Assembly: GCA_043732185.1 (NCBI GenBank)
Contig: JAYTHY010000115.1
Coordinates: 1 to 22,151 of the forward strand
Direction: 5' to 3'
DNA: 22,151 bases
Source of the DNA: Fibrobacteria bacterium
GTDB lineage: Bacteria > Fibrobacterota > Fibrobacteria > UBA11236
Below are positions 6,923-15,574 of this stretch, piece by piece. How positions within the stretch are numbered: the stretch's first letter is position 1; every line of letters starts with the position of its first letter. The notes beneath the pieces were generated by a model. The model worked only from the letters and a program-made list of their open reading frames with translations. It was not told the DNA's origin and did not search any database. The translations under genes and the position numbers were made by a program.

Positions 6923-8359
6923 ATGACTTATGTGATCGCCTCCGCAACTCGGAATAAAATCATTCTAACCCTCAAAAAAGAACAGTTCATGTTCCTGAAG
7001 TTCGATTCTCGCTATTCAAAGGTAAATGCCTTTAACCTTGGCCTGCTTGCTAAAGCGGCATATTTGACAAAGGAAGAGATACGGGAATTTTTATTTAAAA
7101 AAACCAAAAGCGGAAACAGAACCTATAGCTTTTCCGGTATCAACAATGTCTCCAGCGCCTTTCTATACGACACGGACGAATCACTTGAGAGAATCGAACA
7201 AACCTACGACTTCAAATTCATTCCAGGGACCGATACCCAGCTCTTCTATTTCAGAACCGAAGAGTATATCCTATTTGCATTTCGAGGCACAAAAGAGCTT
7301 GTGGATTGGGGAACAAACCTTAACGCCGAAATGGTTCCATTTACCGAAGGCGTAGGAATGGTTCACGCCGGATTCTACAAAGCCTTCTCATCCGCTAAGT
7401 CGATTATCGACGATGTCGTTCCGGAAAATAAACTTGACAAGCCCATAATTATTTGTGGCCACTCCCTGGGCGGCGCACTCACCAACCTGGTTGCTGCCTA
7501 CCTTCGAAAGAAGAGCCACTCCAAGGTAATGGCCTACACCTTTGGTAGCCCGCTTGTAGGCGACACCGATTTCACCTACCACTTTTCCAATGTTCAACCC
7601 ATCGTTTCGTATCGCTTCGTTCACAATCAGGATTTGATTCCAATGGTACCCCCGCCTCATGCCCATTTGCGAATAAACTTGTTGATTTTGGCTCTGTATG
7701 ACCCTCTCTGTTTGATCCCAGCCACGTACGATCCATTCGGCAAGCCTTTCAACCATATGGGGAAACTGGTTTTCATTCGACGAATCGACTCGGAAGCGTT
7801 TTCCGTTGACGTGGACCGGAAGACGCCAGCATATATCCGTGTTTCGAATCTGGTGACAGCAAATGTAGAACGTCCCTTGTGGGATAGCCTGACCAAGCAT
7901 GCCCATTTTAGTATTCACGATCACTTCATGGAGAGCTATGTTTCAATCTTAGGTTCTGACCTTAAATATGCCATACAGTGTTACATGGGTGCAAAGGATG
8001 CGACCATCGCCAACACACAGAAAATCATGGGCTACCTGGAATCCGAGTTGAAAACTCTTACTGCCAACCATGCGGAATATGAAAAGAAATTGATGATGCC
8101 GGTTGGTGGAAACTTTTATGCCGATGCGACAAGTACCGGGCCGACTCCAGCAAATAAACTATCCCCATCGGAAAAACTGAAAATACTTGATGATGCAATT
8201 CAGGCAAAGCAATTGGAACTTGGAATGCAGAAAAGCGCCATGGATATCACTCGGACTCCTGGATTCGCCCAATCAATTCAGAGTGAAATTGTGGACCTCA
8301 AGATGTCGCCGACCCTGAAAAGCGAATTCGAGTACCAGACGAGGCATCTACTGTATTGA
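6923..8359 (+). CDS. Class-3 lipase/phospholipase, Tle2 (TseL)-like antibacterial effector candidate
   Basis: Motifs FRGT, VHAGFY, GHSLG nucleophile elbow (7457-7471), YTFGSP.VG, HNQDLIPMVP (Asp) and DHFMESY (His). No signal peptide; about 130-aa helical C-terminal extension. Confidence 0.85.
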   Translation: MTYVIASATRNKIILTLKKEQFMFLKFDSRYSKVNAFNLGLLAKAAYLTKEEIREFLFKKTKSGNRTYSFSGINNVSSAFLYDTDESLERIEQTYDFKFIPGTDTQLFYFRTEEYILFAFRGTKELVDWGTNLNAEMVPFTEGVGMVHAGFYKAFSSAKSIIDDVVPENKLDKPIIICGHSLGGALTNLVAAYLRKKSHSKVMAYTFGSPLVGDTDFTYHFSNVQPIVSYRFVHNQDLIPMVPPPHAHLRINLLILALYDPLCLIPATYDPFGKPFNHMGKLVFIRRIDSEAFSVDVDRKTPAYIRVSNLVTANVERPLWDSLTKHAHFSIHDHFMESYVSILGSDLKYAIQCYMGAKDATIANTQKIMGYLESELKTLTANHAEYEKKLMMPVGGNFYADATSTGPTPANKLSPSEKLKILDDAIQAKQLELGMQKSAMDITRTPGFAQSIQSEIVDLKMSPTLKSEFEYQTRHLLY

Positions 8360-8512
8360 CTTGGAAAGCCACCATTTTATACGTCTGGACTTCAAGCTAG
8401 TGAAAGGTTCGGGCGGTCAATCGAATCGGGCAGGAAGGTAGACGTAACTAGTTATATTTTGGTCACTTATGAAAGAATCAGCCATAACTTATTGATTTAT
8501 TCGCGTTTAGGT

Positions 8513-8534
8513 AGTAGCCCGAAAGGGCACTTTT
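8513..8534 (+). terminator. Probable intrinsic terminator between the lipase cassette and the convergent tRNA-Val
   Basis: AGT(A)GCCC-GAAA-GGGCACT stem with a GNRA loop, followed by a T-run. Confidence 0.5.
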
Positions 8535-8558
8535 AAAGCAGAAATGAGGGTGAGAAAA

Positions 8559-8632
8559 TGGACGATACTGGAATCGAACCAGTGACCCCTACCATGTCAA
8601 GGTAATACTCTAACCAGCTGAGCTAATCGTCC
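8559..8632 (-). tRNA. tRNA-Val(GAC), CCA not encoded
   Basis: The minus strand reads GGACGATTAGCTCAGCTGGTTAGAGTATTACCTTGACATGGTAGGGGTCACTGGTTCGATTCCAGTATCGTCCA. It has a 7-bp acceptor stem, D-arm, anticodon loop TT-GAC-AT and T-loop TTCGATT. Confidence 0.97.
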
Positions 8633-8686
8633 GATTTTCACTTTACTGACCACTTCGGCCAGCCCGGCTAGTGAACCGGGGCATGG

Positions 8687-8715
8687 AAAATAGCACCGCC
8701 ACCCCCATCTGTCAA
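8687..8715 (-). promoter_or_regulatory. Sigma70-type promoter of tRNA-Val
   Basis: TTGACA (8715-8710), 17-nt spacer, then TATTTT (8692-8687) preceded by an extended -10 TGn. Confidence 0.75.
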
Positions 8716-8811
8716 TCCATCGAAATGCAGAAGAAGGTTTGATGCTACAGCTCAACAACTCGCTGTAAGGACCGAATAAAAATCGGCATTTAATAGATTT
8801 TCGTACCAGAA

Positions 8812-9540
8812 ATGGGAAAAGCACTGTTTATCACCGGCACAGGAACGGATATCGGTAAATCCGCTTTGAGTTTGGCCTTGGTCCTTTGGGCTAGAGCCAT
8901 GGGATTGCGATGCGCCTATTACAAACCTATCCAATGCGGAACTTTTTTTTATGGCACGCCCCCCAAAGAATACGGGGATGCTGAATGGGTAAGCGCGTTG
9001 GCGGGCAATGCGTTGACCGTGCACGTTACCTACCTGTTACGGATGAGCGCCGGACCCCATCTGGCATCGGAAAAAGAAAATATATCCATCGACTTGGGGC
9101 GCATCAAAGAGGACTTTTTCTCGCTGGCGGGCACCCATGATTTGGTGGTAATGGAAGGCGTAGGAGGCTGTGCCGTTCCAATTAATCGCAAGGGAGACAG
9201 CCTGGCCGGATTGGCAGGAGAATTGTCGCTGGAAACCATTATTGCCAGTGCGCCGGGCCTGGGTACGCTACACCATACATTGACGACCGTGGCCTATTTA
9301 AGAGCGCTGGCGGTCCCGGTTTCCGGTTTTGTCTTTTGTCACCGTGATACTGCAGTGCTGGATATTTGCGCAGACAATCGCATCACCTTGGAAGCCCTGA
9401 CCCATATTCCCTGTTTGGGAGAATTGAGTTTCTGTCCGGAGCTGGCTCTAGGTCCGGAAATGTTTTCACCCGTCGCCTCCGCCTGGGGCAAATCTCTGTC
9501 GGCAAGTCTGGAGGCTTGGTGGAATCAGAGTCCAAAGTGA
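8812..9540 (+). CDS. bioD: Dethiobiotin synthase
   Basis: LFITGTGTDIGKS P-loop, YYKPIQCG, VVMEGVGG and LGTLHHTL; first gene of a bio cluster. Confidence 0.95.
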   Translation: MGKALFITGTGTDIGKSALSLALVLWARAMGLRCAYYKPIQCGTFFYGTPPKEYGDAEWVSALAGNALTVHVTYLLRMSAGPHLASEKENISIDLGRIKEDFFSLAGTHDLVVMEGVGGCAVPINRKGDSLAGLAGELSLETIIASAPGLGTLHHTLTTVAYLRALAVPVSGFVFCHRDTAVLDICADNRITLEALTHIPCLGELSFCPELALGPEMFSPVASAWGKSLSASLEAWWNQSPK

Positions 9541-10709
9541 CCCCATTTTCCGAAGCCTTGGAAGATTTACGCCAGCAGGAAAGGCTAAGAACTCGGTCTG
9601 CTTATGACGGACTTCCGGAAAAACATGTGATCCGCGAAGGCAGAAAATGCCTTAACCTCAGTTCCAATAATTACCTCGGCTTGGCAGGCCATGTCGAAGT
9701 GAAGCGGGCAGCGGCTGAAGCGGCTCTAGCCTTAGGTGTTGGCTCAGGGGGTTCTCGACTGCTGGGTGGAGGTTTGCCCATTCACTTGGAATTGGAACAG
9801 GCCGTATTGAAAATGCGGCCCTTGGGCAAAGCTGTGCTTTTCAATACAGGGTTCATGGCCAACCTGGGTGTCATCCAATCATTGGCGCCCATTCTGGGAC
9901 CGATATTCAGTGATAAGCTTAATCATGCCAGCATTGCCGAAGCCCTACGTCCCTTGTCCGGGTCCTTTTACCGTTACCGTCACCGGGATGTAACCCACTT
10001 GGAATCGCTCCTTGTTAAGCAACTTGGTGGTGCGAATAAAGGTCATGGACTGGTATGCAGTGAAACACTCTTCAGCATGGACGGGGATTTCGCGCCATTG
10101 GAAGAGTTGCTGGCTCTACAAAATCGCTTTGGATTTTTTCTGTATCTGGACGAAGCGCATTCAACTGGCGCCTACCCGCATTTACTCGAGACGGCGTTAA
10201 GGGCCGGTATGGCCTCCGGTCGCATTTTGGTGATGGGCACTTTTGGAAAAGCATACGGCGGGTTCGGGGCTTATGTCGCGGGTTCGGAAACGGCGATTGA
10301 ATTTTTAGTGAATACGGCTCGGAGTTTTATTTTCAGTACGGCGCTGCCACCACCTACGGTAGCCGCTGCCCTTGCAGCCATTCAAGTTGCCGAAGCCGAA
10401 CCCTGGCGCGCCGAAAAATTGACTGCACTCGCGGAATCAACCCGTAAAGAATTTCGTTCTATGGGACTGGATACCGGAAGCAGTGAAAGTCATATCATAC
10501 CCGTGATGGCCGGATCCAATTCTAGGGCCGTACAGCTTTCTGATTTTCTGTTCCGGGCCGGCTACCACGCACCAGCGGTCCGCCATCCCACAGTGCCAAA
10601 AGGCCAAGCCCGGCTGCGCATTAGCCTGACTTGTGAAATGGAGCAGCTGGAAATGAGGGAGCTGGCCAAAGTCTTGGCAGAAGGATTATCGAAGGTCGCC
10701 GATGCATGA
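9537..10709 (+). CDS. bioF: 8-amino-7-oxononanoate synthase
   Basis: NLSSNNYLGL, GSGGSRLL, DKLNHASI, FSMDGD, DEAHS and GTFGKAYG (PLP Lys). The real start is likely GTG 9537, overlapping the bioD stop (GTGA), rather than 9366. Confidence 0.95.
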   Translation: MTPFSEALEDLRQQERLRTRSAYDGLPEKHVIREGRKCLNLSSNNYLGLAGHVEVKRAAAEAALALGVGSGGSRLLGGGLPIHLELEQAVLKMRPLGKAVLFNTGFMANLGVIQSLAPILGPIFSDKLNHASIAEALRPLSGSFYRYRHRDVTHLESLLVKQLGGANKGHGLVCSETLFSMDGDFAPLEELLALQNRFGFFLYLDEAHSTGAYPHLLETALRAGMASGRILVMGTFGKAYGGFGAYVAGSETAIEFLVNTARSFIFSTALPPPTVAAALAAIQVAEAEPWRAEKLTALAESTRKEFRSMGLDTGSSESHIIPVMAGSNSRAVQLSDFLFRAGYHAPAVRHPTVPKGQARLRISLTCEMEQLEMRELAKVLAEGLSKVADA

Positions 10710-11391
10710 ACCGATTGTTTGGATTGGAGGATGGGCATCGAATCTCGCATGTTGGCGCAGTGATTTGGAGATGCTTTATCCTAGTCGTGAGCATACCTTT
10801 CTGGATGCCCATGTTATATTGGAAGAACCTGGGCTGTTGCCCTTGGCCGCCGCCAACCTGCCGCCTGGAGGGACTTTGGTGGCTTGGTCATTCGGCAGCT
10901 TGCTTCTGCATCGCAGCCTGGCAACGGGAAAATTCCACCCGGAATGTCACATGATCTCCGTCTGTCCCATTTTTGATTTCTGCAGGTTAGGCGGGCCGTG
11001 GCCATTGGCTGCGCTATCTAGGATGGTCCGAAGAATCCCCAAACATCGTGAGGCAGTGCTGGAGGAATTTTATGCACAAGTGTCAGGTAACTCCTCCGTT
11101 ACCCAAGGGCAATCGGCAGCCTGGAAACATCAATCCACGGGGTATTCTCAGGAAACGCTCATCGCCGGACTAGAAGCGCTTGGCAATGTCAAAGTTTCCA
11201 TTGCCGAACTCCCTTCCGGCAACAGGCACACTTTTCTCGCCAGTGTACACGATCCGTTGTCGCCTCCAAGTCGCGAACGCTTTCCTTGCTCCAATTGGAT
11301 GAGTTTTCCAGAAGGCCATTTGCCTTTTCTAGACTATCCGGAATTGTTCTATCCCCTGCTTAACCACCACACTTCCGGGATCCCTTCATGA
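10702..11391 (+). CDS. Alpha/beta-hydrolase, probable pimeloyl-ACP methyl ester esterase (BioH/BioG-type role)
   Basis: GGWA oxyanion motif, AWSFG nucleophile elbow, HDPL (Asp) and GHLPF (His). It sits between bioF and bioC with overlapping stops and starts. Confidence 0.75.
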   Translation: MHEPIVWIGGWASNLACWRSDLEMLYPSREHTFLDAHVILEEPGLLPLAAANLPPGGTLVAWSFGSLLLHRSLATGKFHPECHMISVCPIFDFCRLGGPWPLAALSRMVRRIPKHREAVLEEFYAQVSGNSSVTQGQSAAWKHQSTGYSQETLIAGLEALGNVKVSIAELPSGNRHTFLASVHDPLSPPSRERFPCSNWMSFPEGHLPFLDYPELFYPLLNHHTSGIPS

Positions 11392-12218
11392 GCTTTCACT
11401 CCCAGCGCTTTGGTCGGGCCGCGCAAACCTACGATGCCCATGCCGAGGTTCAATCTCAAATGGCGGATACGCTGATCACCCTGCTACCCGATTCAGCGGA
11501 ACTGGGCCTAGAGTCCAAATGGACGGTGCTTGAAATGGGCTGCGGCACTGGACTGCTGACGAAACGATTGCGGACAAGCCTTCCGGACGCGGTTTTGCAG
11601 GTTACGGATGCGTCTCAGTCCATGTTGAACGAAGCGAAATCCCGTGGGCTGGAGTATAAAATTGGGGCGGGTAGCCTACATTTTTCCGTATTCGATGCTT
11701 CCGGAAATGCTGTCCCAGGTGCGCTCACGGTAGATTCGGAAATTCAAAATCATTCTCCCTACACGATTGCTGCCAGCAATGCCTTGGTGCAATGGTTTCC
11801 AAATTTGGACGTCCACTTCCAATTGGTATCCAGCCTGTTGATCCCTGGCGGTGTGTACCTGGTTTCCGGTTTCTCTCGAGACAATTTTCCGGAACTCAAT
11901 GCCTTGCTGGCAGAGCCGCCTTTTAATTACCAAAAATTTCCCGGCCATCACCGCGCAGAGATTGAGAAATCCGCCGAAGCCTCCGGATTCAAGTTGGACT
12001 TTTTCGCGGAAACGGCGCAAGAAAGCATTTTCCCGACCCCGGAAGCCTTTTTGGCAGCCATCAGCGGGTTGGGCTCGTCGCGAAGGCCTAGCCAAACGCC
12101 CTTAACGAAATCTCGCCTGGTGCATTTGGTGGATAGGTACCGCGCACGCTACGCTTGTTTGGGTGGAATCAAAGCCACTTGGAAGCCATGGTACGCGAGA
12201 TTGAGCCGCCTACATTAA
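11388..12218 (+). CDS. bioC: Malonyl-ACP O-methyltransferase
   Basis: RFGRAAQTYDAHAEVQ, VLEMGCGTG SAM-binding motif, SNALVQW and FPEL; bio operon context. Confidence 0.9.
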   Translation: MSFHSQRFGRAAQTYDAHAEVQSQMADTLITLLPDSAELGLESKWTVLEMGCGTGLLTKRLRTSLPDAVLQVTDASQSMLNEAKSRGLEYKIGAGSLHFSVFDASGNAVPGALTVDSEIQNHSPYTIAASNALVQWFPNLDVHFQLVSSLLIPGGVYLVSGFSRDNFPELNALLAEPPFNYQKFPGHHRAEIEKSAEASGFKLDFFAETAQESIFPTPEAFLAAISGLGSSRRPSQTPLTKSRLVHLVDRYRARYACLGGIKATWKPWYARLSRLH

Positions 12219-13286
12219 GTCTTCCCAATCATACTCGTTGAGCAATTTATGCAGTTCTTCCACTCCAGATCGAGTACGATAGTTATCCAGTCGTTTCTTT
12301 AAAAAGGGAACTTGCTTTGCAGCGGAGGAAAGATTCCGTTTTAACAAAGCTTCATTAATGCCCTCTGGACCGACCAGATCCTGATATTGCGGTGGGATTT
12401 CTGAAAAAGCCCATTCGGCTTGCCTACGTAAAAGATTTAATTCCCGTCGCAAGCGTTTGGCAAAGCCCTGTATGGTTTTAAGTGGTGCCTGCGACAAATA
12501 GGGACCAACCGATCCCATAGGATTGGCTGCGAGAATATCAAGTAGTTCCGCCAGATTTCGGGAACTATAGGCGGCAGTTACCTTTTGCATCCAACTGGTT
12601 TTTTCTGTTTTGAGTGCCTCGTCCGCTTCTTTATCCGGATGCAACGCGCGCGCCAGCAATAAGTACAAAGCCCGGATATCGCCGGCCATAGCGTGTTCCT
12701 CAGCTTCATGCTTCATGGACTTTTTTTGTGATGAGCCCTGTTTATGTGTTCGCCGCTCTGATTCAGTGGATTGAAAAGGATCTTCCGCGTCGAATTTTGA
12801 TCCGAACATTTCTTCCAGGGTGGAATCGAACTGCACGAACAAATTCGCTTCTTCCAGCGCCTCTTCTTCGGTCAATGGAATTTCGCCAAGCAAGGTTAAT
12901 CGTTCCATAGTCAAATCCACGCCAAATTCATCTTCGAGTTCATCCGCAAATTCTCCGAGAACATCCCGGAGCCGATTTACTTGGCGCTTTTTAAGCCACC
13001 CGGCTTTGAGATGCCCAGCCAATACGCGAAACGTTTCCACGCGTAGGGCTAAAAGCTTATCTTGAATTGGACCTAAATCTCGGATGAGGCGGTTTTGGAG
13101 TTCCATAATGGATGCGTCATACCGTGAAATTTTACTGCGGGTGTCCGCAATGTCGAGCATGAGTTTGGAAAGGTTGCGAAGGGTTTTGTTATGACTGGGT
13201 TGCGATTTGGGGCCGTCCTCGAAAAGAGAAATGGCAACTGCATTATCGGTAGTGCTGGAACGGGTCTGGGGCTGAAGTTTGGCCAT
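12210..13286 (-). CDS. Coiled-coil protein with an internal J-domain-like module
   Basis: IRALYLLLARALHPDKE...MQKVTAAY contains the HPD motif, after a long helical N-terminus. ATG at 13286; 9-nt convergent overlap with bioC. Confidence 0.75.
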   Translation of the reverse strand: MAKLQPQTRSSTTDNAVAISLFEDGPKSQPSHNKTLRNLSKLMLDIADTRSKISRYDASIMELQNRLIRDLGPIQDKLLALRVETFRVLAGHLKAGWLKKRQVNRLRDVLGEFADELEDEFGVDLTMERLTLLGEIPLTEEEALEEANLFVQFDSTLEEMFGSKFDAEDPFQSTESERRTHKQGSSQKKSMKHEAEEHAMAGDIRALYLLLARALHPDKEADEALKTEKTSWMQKVTAAYSSRNLAELLDILAANPMGSVGPYLSQAPLKTIQGFAKRLRRELNLLRRQAEWAFSEIPPQYQDLVGPEGINEALLKRNLSSAAKQVPFLKKRLDNYRTRSGVEELHKLLNEYDWEDLM

Positions 13287-13293
13287 CAATCCG

Positions 13294-13302
13294 AAGATAG
13301 CA
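13294..13302 (-). promoter_or_regulatory. Possible extended -10 promoter for the J-domain gene
   Basis: TGC-TATCTT lies 7 nt upstream of ATG 13286, with no obvious SD sequence or -35. Confidence 0.35.
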
Positions 13303-13310
13303 AACAGTAC

Positions 13311-13781
13311 CTACCCAATCTTTGAGCTTTTATCTATAAGCCTTATGGAGTCGCTTTTATCCTTCTTCAAAATCATCCAATTTTCAGGTGCGGGCAATGG
13401 TTTAAAACCGATTTTGGAGTATACGGAATGGCCGTCCCGGGTACCGAGCAGCCATATATAGACATCGTTAAGTTCTGAATTATTAATAGCAAACTCAACC
13501 ATGTTTTGGGCGATGCCTTTTTTCCGAAAGCTCTCGGAAACATACACATCCATAATGTATCCAAAACGTGTCTTGTCGCTGACTAAACGCATGTATCCTA
13601 CTTGGGTCAACCCCAGATAACAACCCACAACTAGGGTGGAATTGATGGCTCCGCGTTTAACCTCATCGAACCCAATTCCTGGGGACCAGTAGGTTTCAGT
13701 GAGCCATTTCTGAACTAAAATAAAATCAATTCTGCTGACAGCATCATCGAATTCGAAAATATCCAGGTAGCTCGATTTCAA
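13311..13781 (-). CDS. GNAT-family N-acetyltransferase
   Basis: TYWSPG, VGYMRLVSD, YIMDVYV..FRKKGIA acetyl-CoA loop and LGTRDGHSVYSKIGF. Confidence 0.9.
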   Translation of the reverse strand: MKSSYLDIFEFDDAVSRIDFILVQKWLTETYWSPGIGFDEVKRGAINSTLVVGCYLGLTQVGYMRLVSDKTRFGYIMDVYVSESFRKKGIAQNMVEFAINNSELNDVYIWLLGTRDGHSVYSKIGFKPLPAPENWMILKKDKSDSIRLIDKSSKIG

Positions 13782-13799
13782 TTTTTAGCAAGCCCTGCT

Positions 13800-14777
13800 T
13801 TAACCTTGCGGCTGCCTATAGTAATTGTCCATTCCACCCTCGCCCGCCTTAAGCAACGCGTCGAAATAGGCGATGGTGGTTTTAAGCCCAGCGCGCAAAT
13901 CCACCTTGGGCTCCCAATTTAATTTTTCCTTCGCCAGAGTGATATCCGGCTGACGTTGCTTGGGATCATCACTGGGAAGCGGCAATTTTACGATTTTACT
14001 TTTGCTGCCTGTCATTTCAATAACCTGTTCGGCCAGTTCTCGAATTGTGAACTCATTGGGATTGCCGACGTTTACAGGACCGACCAAGGTGGGATGATCC
14101 ATTAGCCGTACCATGCCTTCGAGGAGATCGGAAACATAGCAGAACGAGCGGGTTTGTTGTCCGTCGCCGTAGATGGTAATGTCTTGGCCTTGCAGGGCTT
14201 GGACAATAAAGTTTGAGACAACGCGGCCGTCATGGGGATGCATTTTAGGTCCGTAGGTATTGAAGATTCGAATGACGCGAATATCCACGCGATTTTGTCT
14301 TTGATAATCAAAGAACAAGGTTTCCGCCACGCGCTTGCCTTCATCATAACAGGAGCGCAGGCCGATAGGATTTACATGGCCCCAGTACCCTTCCTGCTGC
14401 GGATGTTGCTCGGGATCGCCATACACTTCGCTGGTCGAAGCTTGCAGAATGCGGGCTTTGACGCGCTTAGCCAAACCCAGCATGTTGATAGCGCCCATGA
14501 CGCTGGTCTTGATGGTCTTGACCGGGTTGTATTGATAATGAATCGGTGAGGCTGGACACGCGAGATTGTAAATCTGATCGACTTCCAGGAAAAGTGGCAT
14601 GGTCACATCATGGCGAATGAGTTCGAAATTTCCCCGGCCTCGCAGATGATCGACATTTCGCTTGGACCCGGTGAAAAAATTATCCAGGCACACCACATCG
14701 TGGCCTTGTTCGACAAGTTTTTCGCAGAGCTGGGAGCCCAAGAAACCCGCTCCACCGGTGACCAATATCCTTTTCAT
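13800..14777 (-). CDS. UDP-glucuronic acid decarboxylase (UDP-xylose synthase)
   Basis: [37 protein letters not shown] (YxxxK), [16 protein letters not shown] and [10 protein letters not shown]. Confidence 0.95.
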   Translation of the reverse strand: MKRILVTGGAGFLGSQLCEKLVEQGHDVVCLDNFFTGSKRNVDHLRGRGNFELIRHDVTMPLFLEVDQIYNLACPASPIHYQYNPVKTIKTSVMGAINMLGLAKRVKARILQASTSEVYGDPEQHPQQEGYWGHVNPIGLRSCYDEGKRVAETLFFDYQRQNRVDIRVIRIFNTYGPKMHPHDGRVVSNFIVQALQGQDITIYGDGQQTRSFCYVSDLLEGMVRLMDHPTLVGPVNVGNPNEFTIRELAEQVIEMTGSKSKIVKLPLPSDDPKQRQPDITLAKEKLNWEPKVDLRAGLKTTIAYFDALLKAGEGGMDNYYRQPQG

Positions 14778-15574
14778 TTTATCTGCTTTCGTTTTCTGGC
14801 CTTCCCGACCAGAAGATGATTGATACCGATTAATGTCAAATCTGATTCGATGGTTCGAATGGCCTTGGACCGCTCCCCCAGCAGGGGAGCCAGGCCGCCG
14901 GTGGCAATAACGGAAGGGTTGCGCATGGATTTTTCCTTGATGATGGCGCGTAGCAAGTATTCCACTTGCCCCAAGGTGCCCATTAGCATGCCGATTCGCA
15001 GGGCATCATCGGTGGTTTTTCCAATAGCGCTGTCGGTCCATTTAAGCTCCACTTCGGAAAGCTTGGCAGCGCTTTGTGCCAAACTACGGAGCGCAGTATG
15101 GATGCCAGGGCAGATTATCCCGCCCCAATAGCCATAATTGCCAAAGATGTCGAACGTGGTGGCGGTACCCAAATCGATTACCACACCCTCTTGATGTCCC
15201 AAGGCATAAGCGCCTAACACATTGGCCAGGCGATCCGCACCGATTTGTCGAGGGATTTCATAGTCCAGTTCCAGACCCAAACAGTTGGTGTAATCGAGCA
15301 CTTGCGGCGCCTTGCCAAACTCGGCCTCTAAAGCCCTAAACCAACTGTCATCGAGGGCCGGCACCACCGAAGCCATGGCGGTGGCATGAATACGGGCGCG
15401 TACTTTATCCTCTCGCATCAATCCATGCAGCCACCACGAAATCTCATCCACGGTAGTATCTTTGCGGGTACCCAAGCGCCAACGGCGGCGGATTGTATTC
15501 CCTTCGAACATACCGATAACCGTATTGGTATTCCCGATATCCACAGCCAAATTCAAGTTGCCGATTTTGCTCAT
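14774..15574 (-). CDS. coaX: Type III pantothenate kinase
   Basis: [33 protein letters not shown] and IATGG. Confidence 0.95.
   Translation of the reverse strand: MSKIGNLNLAVDIGNTNTVIGMFEGNTIRRRWRLGTRKDTTVDEISWWLHGLMREDKVRARIHATAMASVVPALDDSWFRALEAEFGKAPQVLDYTNCLGLELDYEIPRQIGADRLANVLGAYALGHQEGVVIDLGTATTFDIFGNYGYWGGIICPGIHTALRSLAQSAAKLSEVELKWTDSAIGKTTDDALRIGMLMGTLGQVEYLLRAIIKEKSMRNPSVIATGGLAPLLGERSKAIRTIESDLTLIGINHLLVGKARKRKQIK

Noticed and set aside
8505..8540. GNRA hairpin considered as part of a c-di-GMP riboswitch
   Set aside because: The other conserved elements are missing and it lies downstream of two convergent genes; a terminator is the simpler reading.
8710..8745. TGTCAA considered as a BirA operator half-site
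   Set aside because: There is no matching second half at the expected spacing, and it is explained as the -35 of the tRNA-Val promoter.
8597..9024. Small minus-strand ORFs 8597-8824 and 8752-9024
   Set aside because: They overlap the tRNA-Val gene and promoter or run antisense to bioD.
9366..9536. 57-aa N-terminal extension of BioF in the ORF track
   Set aside because: It overlaps bioD by 171 nt; GTG 9537, coupled to the bioD stop, gives a normal-length BioF.
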